Source: Reclinomonas americana ATCC 50394 (taxonomy: Eukaryota). Taken from it: a stretch of 34,925 nt of DNA. Location of the stretch: assembly GCA_048213135.1 (NCBI GenBank), contig PS015061.1, positions 142,444-177,368 of the forward strand, given 5' to 3'. The first letter of the stretch is position 1. Each line of letters starts with the position of its first letter. This document shows, in pieces, positions 22,301-31,285 of the stretch. The translations under genes and the position numbers were made by a program. Under the pieces are notes generated by a model. It was not told the origin of the DNA and did not search any database. It saw only the letters and a program-made list of their open reading frames with translations.

Positions 22301-25300
22301 ATGGGATCGCTATTTAGTCGGCGGCGAGGCAGCAACAGCGGCGCCTCATCACCATCACTGGGAAGGAGAGGGCAATCGTCGGCGGCTCTGGTGGGCGCAC
22401 AGGCCTCCGCACCACCCACAGTGCCAAGCATATACACCAAAATCATGATGCTCGGCCACGAAGGTAAGCAAGAAAGAAGAGAGAGAGAGATTGACATACA
22501 GACAGACACTGACTGTCATCTGTAGGGAGTGGAAAGAAGACGCTGTGCTCGGCCATGTCAGGGAACATGGATGGGTGTGTGCTGTTGATTGCTCTCTCTG
22601 TGTACGAGTTGTGTGCGTGACTGACTCGATGTGTGTTTGTGTCAAAAGATACTTCACCTCACAACATTTGCACTTGAACAAGTTGGCCGAGTACACGGTC
22701 ACTCTCAGCGGTCCACCACGAACACGTTGCGTAAGAGCAGCGGGGAAGGGGAAGGGGCGAGAAGAGTAGAGTGTGTGTGACATGGCGATTGTGTTGACAC
22801 GCGCACACACACACTCTCTCGTGCTTATGTGTGTGTGCTGCTGTGCGTGTGTGTGTGTGAGCTTTTGTGTGTGTGCATGTGCGTGTCGGGATTTCCCTCA
22901 TTTCACGGCCTGATTGTGTTACATTTTGTATAGCGGCGGCTCTGCGAGGGACCATGGGCGTGGTTGTTGTGTTTGATGTGCACGACCCGGAGAGCTGGAA
23001 GAATATCCTTTTTGTTGTTGTTGTTGTTGTCGTCGTCCTTTGTGTTTTGTGAGTTGTGTGTGAGTTTCATTCCTTGACTCGTCTGTGTGTGCACCTGCGG
23101 AAGGGTTGGCAGAGTTTGTGCAGAAGAATGGCATGAGGCATAACGTGTGCTACGTTATTGGCAACAAGCGGGAAGGCCGGGAGGCAGTTGCGTGAGAGGG
23201 GGGGAAGGGCAGGGGAAGGGAAAGGGAGGGAAGGGAGATGATTTATACGATTGGGTTGCAGTTGGAAGGGACAAGGGAGAGAGGCGGGATACGAAAGGGC
23301 TGTGTTGATGGGTGGCGAAGGGGAAGGAAGAGAGAGGGAAAGAGTCTCGAGGGGGAAGGGAGGAAGAGTGGGTGTGTGTGTGGATGGCGAAGTAGGGCTG
23401 GTAGCGGTGACGGAGGCGTCTGCTTTATGTTCTGTGCGTGCTCATGGTGGTGGCAGCGGCAGCGAGAAGAAAGAACTAGAGAGAAAGAGGCGTGCTTCGG
23501 TCTTGCTGTTGTTTCCTTCTGCGCGGGTGCTTGAGGAGGAGGGAGAGGAGTGCGGATGTGTGGATGGCGATTCAGAGCTGGTTGCGGTGACAGAGGCGTC
23601 TGCTTTTGTGTTCTGTGCATACTCATGGTGGTGGTAACGGCAGCGAGAGGAATGAGCGAGAGAGAAAGAGGCGTGCTTCGGTCTTGTTGTTTTTTCTTTC
23701 TGCGCGGGTGCTTGAGGAGGAGGGAGAGGAGTGCGAGTGTGTGGATGGCGATTCAGAGCTGGTTGCGGTGACAGAGGCGTCTGCTTTTGTGTTCTGTGCA
23801 TGCTCATGGTGGTGGCAGCGGCAGCGAGAGGAATGAGGGCTGTGGCGAGGGGGAGGTAGAGGGAAAAGAGGTAGATTGTGTGTGGGTGGAGAAGCGAGGC
23901 TGCGTGGAAGCGGTGGAAGGAGGAAATGGAGTGCGAGAGGAATGAGCGAGAGGGAGGTAGAGGGAAAGAGGCGCGCTTGGTCTTGCTTGAGAGGGAGAGG
24001 ATGAGTGCGGGTGTCGCCGGCGAAGCGGGGCTGTGTTAAAGCGGTGGAAAGGGAGAAACAGAGTGTGATGGGCCTGCTGTTTGTACTGGTCTCTTGTTTT
24101 TGCGTACGGAAGAGTGTGTGTGAGAGAGAGGGAGAGAAAGGAAAGTGCGTATGAACGCAAGCGTGGTTGTTTGGAATGTGCGTGTGTTTGCAGTGGGTGG
24201 AGAGTGGTGCTGCGGCTGGTCTATTGTTTGTGTACATTTGTGAATGAGTGCAGCAGTCCGGGCATGCGAGAGAGAGAGAGAGAGAGAGAAAGGGAGGAAG
24301 GAAGGGAAGTGCGTGTGTGTGGGAGAGAGTAAAAGGAAAGTGCGTGTTTTGTTTATTCTCCTTGCAAGTGCTGTGTTCTGGGGCTGGTCTCTTGTATGTG
24401 TGTATCTGAGAGCGAGGGCGGCAGAGTGGGGAGGAGGAAGAACGAAGAATAGAAAGGGGGAACGGAATGTCTGTTGTTTGTTCTGTGTGTGAGTCTCCTG
24501 GTCCTGTACATCTCAATCGAGTGCGGCGATACGTGTGTGTGTGTGTAAGTGAGAGAGAGAGAGAGACAAAAGTGATGTGCGCGTTGGCGAGAGAATTGAG
24601 CCGTGCCTTTGTGTTGGTCTATTCCGAAGCGGGGCAGTGGAGCGGAGGACAGAGCGAAGAGACAACGGGTTCATGAACTGGCATTTATTGCCGTGTTTGT
24701 TTGCTGCCTCACTTCGTTGAGAAGAGAGTCGCTTTTCTCTTGTTGCTCGGTTCTGTCTTGGCCTCGCTGGTCTTTCTCTATACCAGCCTGGTTGCTCAGT
24801 GGCAGTTGCCTTTCAGCTCTTCTTGTCTCGCGCAATGGACCATCTTTCCTGTTGTTGCTCAGTTCTACATTGGCATCGCTGGTCTTCCTCTGTGCCGCTC
24901 AGTGGCAGTTGCCGTTCAGCTTTTGTTGTCTCGCGCAGGGTGAACATCCCCCTGGTGTCGCTCTATGGTTTCTTGACTGCATTCATCATTCTTCTCTGTG
25001 GCCGGCTCAAGGGGCAGTTGCCTTTCTGCTTTTCCTGTCTCGCGCAATGGACCATCTTTCCTGTTGTCGCTCTATGCTTTCTTGGCCGCGCTCATCTTTC
25101 TTCTCTGTGTCAGGCTCAAGGAGTAGCCGCTTCTCAACTACTCTTGCAAGAAACAACCTCCTGTTGTTCCTCCGTTCTGTTTTGGGCGCGCTCATCATTC
25201 TTCTGTGTGTCAGACTCACGGGGCAGTCGCCTCGCAGCTTCTCTTGTGTCTCTCTCAGTGGATCATCCTTTTCTCGGCGGCGATCTTTCCTCTTCCCCTG

Positions 25301-25609
25301 TCTTCTTGCTGGCTCTTTCTTTCATCACGTGTCGTCTCTTGCTTTGCCTCATATATCTCCGCATCGCTCTCCCGACAGCATTCCCCTCCCCACTCGTCTC
25401 ACCACACTGTCCCCCCCTTTTTTTGCTCCCCTTCCCAGGCGGTGAACATGGCCACGGCCTCGGCCACAGCCACCAAGTTCGGCGCCAAGTTCTTCGAGGT
25501 GGACTCGAAAGCGGACACTGCTGGTGTGCGCCGCATCTTCAATTCGCTTTACGACGACATCATCGGCAACATTGTTAATGCGCCACCGGTGCACACCATT
25601 TCGCTATAA
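22301..25609 (+). CDS. Atypical Ras/Rab-superfamily small GTPase with N-terminal MG extension and no C-terminal Cys, spliced
   Basis: MGSLFS...YTKIMMLGHE|GSGKKTLC...ALRGTMGVVVVFDVHDPESWKNI...CYVIGNKREGREA|AVNMATASATATKFGAKFFEVDSKADTAGVRRIFNSLYDDI...TISL*. The order of G1, beta4 (VVFDV), G4 (GNK) and G5-helix5 elements is Rab-like. The last intron is about 2.25 kb. Confidence 0.8.
23375..23838. repeat. Intronic tandem repeat, ~180-bp unit, ~2.6 copies
   Basis: tggatggcga recurs at 23381, 23561 and 23742, with near-identical following sequence. Confidence 0.9.
24790..25075. repeat. Intronic degenerate tandem repeat, ~105-bp unit, 3 copies
   Basis: gctca(g/a)..ggcagttgcc at 24794, 24897 and 25005, each followed by tgtctcgcgca. 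Confidence 0.8.
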
Positions 25610-25891
25610 GTCTACAACTCCACCAACGCCATCACCACCATCAACAACATCACCAACCAATCAGTCTGGGGATTCAAGGAGCTGAGGAGGAAGACCATTT
25701 CTGTTTTTATAAAAAAGAACTCTCCTGGCTTGTCGGTGCGCGAGCTGATCTGCACTACTGCTTGCGAGGGGAGCCAAGAGTGGGAGTTGTCGTGTTTCTA
25801 GTGTATGGTGGCGGATTTTCAGCAGCGAAAGTTGTCAGTCTCATTTGTGTGAGAGCAAAGTGCAGCAGTCGTCGCACATACACTCAAACCA

Positions 25892-28330
25892 ATGGCGCTT
25901 CTCGCTGCACAAGCAGTGCTTCAGTTGCCAATAGTGGTGGCCAAGGTTCTTTTCTGGCGACAACTCCCGTGTGAAAGAAAGGGTTCTTTTTTAGCAGTCT
26001 GACTGTTGTCCGTCGCCTGTGTGTGTGTCTTTGTGTGCGTGTGCGTGTCTGTGTGTGTAGGCGGTGGGTATCCGCATGTTGGCCGATGGGGCAATGACTG
26101 TGACTCTGGATCGCGTGGCTCCGGCGGCGGTGGCGGTGCCTGTGCGGCTGATTGGGACAGCGTGTCATGCGGTGCGAGGCACGTGCTTGGGCCTTGGTGA
26201 GTGTGTGTGAAGTGTGTGTGCATAAAGGGGGAAGGAGGAGACACGTGCGGGAGATCGGCGAAATGTTGTTTCGAGTGATCATCTCCGTTGGTCTTGGTTC
26301 TCTTGTCGGCCTTGTTGAAGTTGCTTCGCAGTTGTTGTCTGTTCTGCGCGTCTCTCTTGTCTTGTCTTCACTCTCCACTGTGCCTCTGGTGGCTTCTCCT
26401 TGTGTCAGCATCTGCAGTGTCGTGGTCTATGCTGTCTTTGTCTTTTCTACACTCCCCGCCGAGTCTCCACCGCTATGTGAATGGCGGCTTCTCCTTGTGC
26501 AGCATCCGCAGTGCTGTCGTCTGGCGATCTATGCTGTCTTTGTCTTTTCTACACTCCTGCTTTGTTGCTGTCGCTGTCCCTTCGGGTTGCTTCTCCTGTT
26601 GTGTCATCAGTTCTCACTGCCAGCTCTGTTTCTCCTGCTTTGCCTGTGGCCGCTTCTCGTTGTTCTGCGATGTTGTCGGTTCTTCACTCGCCTCTGGTGG
26701 CTTCTCTTTGTGCTGCACCCGTTGGTGTCATCGTTGTGGCGATCTATGCTGTCTTTGTCTTCTCGGCACTCCTGCTTTGTTGCTGTTGCTGTGCCTCTGG
26801 TGGCTTCTCCTGTTGTGTCATGTGTACGTCATTACCAGCTCCGTTTCTCCTGCTTTGCCTGTGACCGCTTCTCCTTGATCTGCGCTGTTGTCGGTTCTTC
26901 AGTTCCCGCACCACTGTGGATGACAGGCTTCTCTTTGTGCACCATCTGCTGCGCTGTTGTCGTCGTTAGCTGCGCTGTTGTCGGTTCTTCGCTCCCCTCA
27001 CTGCTCCACCGCTGCTCTTTTTGGCGGTCTCTGTCTTCGTCGAGAATGCTTGGTTCTTGACGACATCCTCTGCACCGCGGTTGTTGTTTGTTCTGCGCGT
27101 CTCTATTGTGTCCTCCGCTGTGCATGTGGACTCCTCTGTTCTGCAAATCTCTCTCTCTCTCTCTTTCCATCGCCGTGCATACGCTGGCCTCCTATTGTCG
27201 TTGCTATTCATTGCTTCTCGTCGGCCTTGTCGCTGTATCGCCCTTGTCCTCACTCTCTCCCTCTCTGACCAATCCTTTGCTCCCTCTCGCAGTCGGCGTG
27301 GTGGAGGGCGTCACGGTGCTGCTCTTGGAAGGTATCCTCTTGTTCTTCCCCTTCGCGTCTCCTCCCTTTCGACTCATCCCGCGCGCAGGCACATGGGAGG
27401 CCACGCGGCGGCGAATGCGAACGTACGGAATTCACGATGACACAACACATCAGCTGGCGTATGTGGCCGCCGGTGTGACTCTGGTCGCCGTGCCGCTGCT
27501 GTGCTTTACGGGCGCCGGGGCGGCGTACGCGTTCACGGCGGCGGCCGGTCAGCTGCAATCGACGCTGACGTGCTTTGTCGGGCAAGCGTGCGTGGAGCTG
27601 ACGCTGCATCTCGGCAGGCTGGTGATGCGCAACACCGTGGCGGTGATCTCGTACCCGTTCCGGGCGCTGTGGAGGTGGCTGAGGACGGCGCGCGTCGAGA
27701 CCACTGCAGCGGCGGCGGCGGCGGCGGCGGCGGGATCACGGGATGTGGTCACGGCGGGCGAGGCGGCGGAGGAGGAGTGGATGCTGATTGATCTCACCGA
27801 GTCGCTGCTGTCGCTGACGCAGTCGTGCTCCAAGCCGCTGCTGCCGAGCGACGAGACGGCGGCGGAGTCGTTGGTGACGGAGCTGGAGGAGTGTGCGCAT
27901 TTGGTGGGCTGCAAGGTCGATCGCAGGTGCGTGGCGGTGATGAGTTGAAAGGGTGTATGGTCCTTTGCTTACTCAACCTTATGCGCAGCTTTATGGATGT
28001 GGATATTTGCTGCGGTGGTGGCGGTGTCGGCGCTGATGATTGTGAGTCACCGTCGTGGCTCGACGGGTCGATGGGCTCGTCCATCTTTGATGGCAGTGTC
28101 GGTGGCGACGATGATGTGCGGGCGCGGTTGCAGTTGACGATGAGTCGGATTCGTGAGCAGGAGCCGGGTCGGGCGGCGGCGTTGGCGGTGGTGGCGTCGG
28201 CGAATTTGCGGCAGGAGTTGGTGGAGGGGGGGTTTGTGGTGAGTGGGGGGTGGAGGGGGTATTGGGGAAGGGGAAAGAGGTGACTGATGTTGTGTGGCAG
28301 GTGGTGTCGGTGGATCCCGAGAGTGGGTGA
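25892..28330 (+). CDS. Uncharacterised hydrophobic/membrane protein with acidic C-terminal region, 6 exons
   Basis: MALLAAQAVLQLPIVVAK|AVGIRML...CLGL|VGVVEGVTVLLLE|GTWEATRRRMRTYG...LAYVAAGVTLVAVPLLCFTGAGAAYAF...EEEWMLIDL...|SFMDVD...EGGFV|VVSVDPESG*. GT-AG introns are frame-consistent and codons are GC3-rich. Confidence 0.72.
26370..26995. repeat. Intronic degenerate T/C-rich tandem repeats
   Basis: tctatgctgtctttgtctt at 26426, 26528 and 26743; tgttgtcggttcttc three times. Confidence 0.75.
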
Positions 28331-28537
28331 GCCTGGAGGGTGTGTAATGGTGTATTATGGTGAGGTGGGGTGTGTACAGACAGACAGTGAATGCTGTGGA
28401 GGTGTTTAGCATCATTGGCATAACAAAGTCGTCGTTCATTGACATTCATTGCTGCGCACGCGTGCAATGTGGTGAATGTTAGAAACGGATGTGTGCATAA
28501 ATCTGATCGAAACACCAAGCAGTCCAGTGTCTCTAAG

Positions 28538-30612
28538 TCAAATTCGTTTACAGCGACTCCGTCGACGACGACATTCAGAAACAAGGAGCACGCACGTGAG
28601 TGACAACAGCCCAGCACAAGCGACAGACGAAATTGCAAAGCCGACAAACGCCACTGCGGAAGCCGGTGAAGTTGGAGCCACTGAGTTGGGGGAAACGATG
28701 ATTGATAAGTCGCGACGACCACCACCGCTGCTCAGCTTTTCAAAGTCTTGAAACATCACCCATGACAAACCATATACAGAAATTTGCCAAGGAATTGATG
28801 CCAACGGAAGAGATGGTATTCTGCTCGGTGGAAGACGTGAGGAAACGGCAACAAACATCAACAACTGGTTATTCCCGAGAAAGACGCAACTGATAACAAA
28901 TCGCAAACGTATTCCCTCCAGCCGACGCAGTTGGTTGCAAAGTGAGTTGCATGGCATGGAAGCTTGTCTGCTGCTGAATCACTGGCATGTCGGTCGCAGA
29001 AGACGTCGATTGCGAGTTGCAGTCATGCACTGGGGCACTGACAACCCGAATACTCGCATTCAACAGGCCGTATCCGTCACACTCGACAACAGTTGGTACC
29101 AGCGGTTGAAGAATTCTTGGTGAAAGAGACACAACACCAGCGACCACAAGCCCAATACCTGCAAGGGAAAGATCCGCTCAGTCAGCGAGTTCCTCTACTC
29201 AGGTGCGAAACACTGTAACAGCGTAACTTGAGACCAAGTGCGGCTCAGACTGTTCAGAAAATCTGATGGCCACACGAAAAGGGTGAGCATTTGAAGTTGG
29301 AGACCACAAAAGCACGAGGACTGACGCAAGCGTACATAATGCACAAATATACTTCAGCGCGTGGGGTAGATGCGGACATGCGAAGAGAGAGCGTCGAAGT
29401 AGTGGCAGCGATGACTTCAACTGGGGTCTCATCAGAGCGCGCGCTGGCACAGCTCACATGGTCTTGTCTCATGATAAAAACTGTGTCGTTCATGGAAAAG
29501 CCAACTCCAGTGACCTGTGCCAGCAAGTACAAGGATCACACTCGTGGCGAAAAGGGCGGAATTGATTCGCACGCACGTCAAACAAACCGTAATGGACGAA
29601 ACAACTCCCGCGAGGATTGTCTTGGGATTGAAATCTAACGTGCCGACGACCATCAAGACTGTCGGAACTTTAAAGGCCAGCTCCGACGGCACGGACCCTT
29701 GAATGATGCCAGTCGCACAAAAAGAGTAACTGCCAACAATGTTGCCGGTGACGATAGCGATCGCGGTCGTCTCAGTGAACGCAAATGGTGCTGCGGGGAC
29801 ACGCGTCACAGACAAAGACATGCTGCAACTGCGAGGTGATAATCACACAAGAGAACTTACCATAATCTACCCCGTGGCTAGCGGCGGCGTCAGCAGTGCA
29901 TTGATCATCACTGTCGATAATCTTGAAAGCCACTGAGTCCAGTCCAGCGCCCGTTATCGTGGCACGCTGACTCGTCGACACGTCAACTCGCTGCGCGACG
30001 AATTACTTTTTAGCCACAAAGAGTGGCGCACTGTGCTCTACTCTCGTGAGTTGTCTCACCCACGTGCACGTACCGACGGAGAGAGGCCCGTTGATCCAAC
30101 AACTCGTATTGTGTACGACACAAACTCCTCGGATCCGTTGCTAGATGTATCGTAGCACAACAAATACAGTGATGGGTCTGCTGCCGCGACGGCCAGCTGA
30201 AAGGAAAGGTAGTCGTCGCGCGCGAGGTACACCTTGCTCACGCTAATCGTGTCCACACTGGCCGACAGGCAGGTTGAAACTGCCGTCACAACTTTTACCT
30301 GTACAAGCCAAGCCATCAAAAAAACTCATTGCTCCGCCCTCGCAGCCGACTTACATGCACATACTTACGTTGGCATCTGTGTAGCCCATGAATCCTGCTC
30401 CGTTGGTGATGAACATTTTCGTCGTTGAATTCGGCGGCACGGTGTTCTGCGAGAGAACACCCGGACTTACAGCGCAAGCATCTGCAATGCAGTGCACGCG
30501 TGTGTGTGGATACACTGCAGTTACGGAGGCAGTTCAAGGCTTGTGGAGAATGCGAACCGTGTAAAACACAGAGCACCAGCAGGAACAGGATCAACAGACA
30601 CCTCGGGAACAT
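28538..30612 (-). CDS. Type-I membrane protein: signal peptide, four ~100-aa IPT/TIG-like beta repeats, TM helix, basic tail; spliced
   Basis: Signal MFPRCLLILFLLVLCVLH. Four repeats share a P near the start, a GxG(F/L) motif (ITNGAGF, TITGAGL, TVTGVGF, ECDGYGL), one mid-repeat Cys and a late (Y/F)xxC-type Cys. C-terminus AVAFVGFAISSVACAGLLSLTCVLLVSECRRRRSRCKRI*. Confidence 0.72.
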
Positions 30613-31285
30613 GATCCTTCCACAACGGTCTGGTTGTCACTGCGATAATCCTGCATTCAGTTTTGCTCCGCCCCTCGCTTCGCACACACGCTGCGCGCAC
30701 GCATACACACGTTGCGGTGCATATTCAACAAGTGAGCGGTGAGGAACTCGCAAAGGATCAATGGAGATGGTGACGATCACTTCATACCAATCGACACCTT
30801 GGCGAAGCTGAAACCTGTGACGCGTCCCTGGACGTGCTCTCGGCACCCACTGCGAGGTAATAATGAGGGCAGTCTCCAGACATCAACTCTAAACGTGTGC
30901 ATGCAGCCTCTTTCACACTCTAAATTCACTGCTCGTGTCACGTGCACGTGCACCCTCTGTCGCCCGCGTGGAGCTCCCCACATCAACGTATAACCCTTCC
31001 ACTCCATATCCTTGCTCTATTACTCTCTCTCTCTCTCTCTCTCGTTCTCTCTCGTTCTCCTCGTTCTCCCTCTCTCTCTCTCTGTGGGCGTGTCTGTCAC
31101 CTCTCTCGCACGTACGCGCATGTGTGTATGTATGCGCTGGATGCGCAGAACAACTCACATCTTACACCAACAGAGAGAATGGGGGGACGCTGTGGGGGAC
31201 GCGTACCATAAATGGTAGCGCCGGCGTGCGGGAGTGGCTTGCATGCATATTCGTCATTTTTCAGTGTGCGAAATCAATCAACGCG

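Noticed and set aside
23238-25438. Long repetitive ORFs and the 180-bp repeats as a CRISPR array or coding repeat
   Set aside because: The units are whole tandem duplications without unique spacers, the context is eukaryotic, and they lie in a GT-AG intron of the GTPase gene.
26152-27290. 302-aa and 196-aa hydrophobic ORFs resembling membrane proteins
   Set aside because: T/C-rich repeat intron that lacks stops by composition; the flanking exons join in phase.
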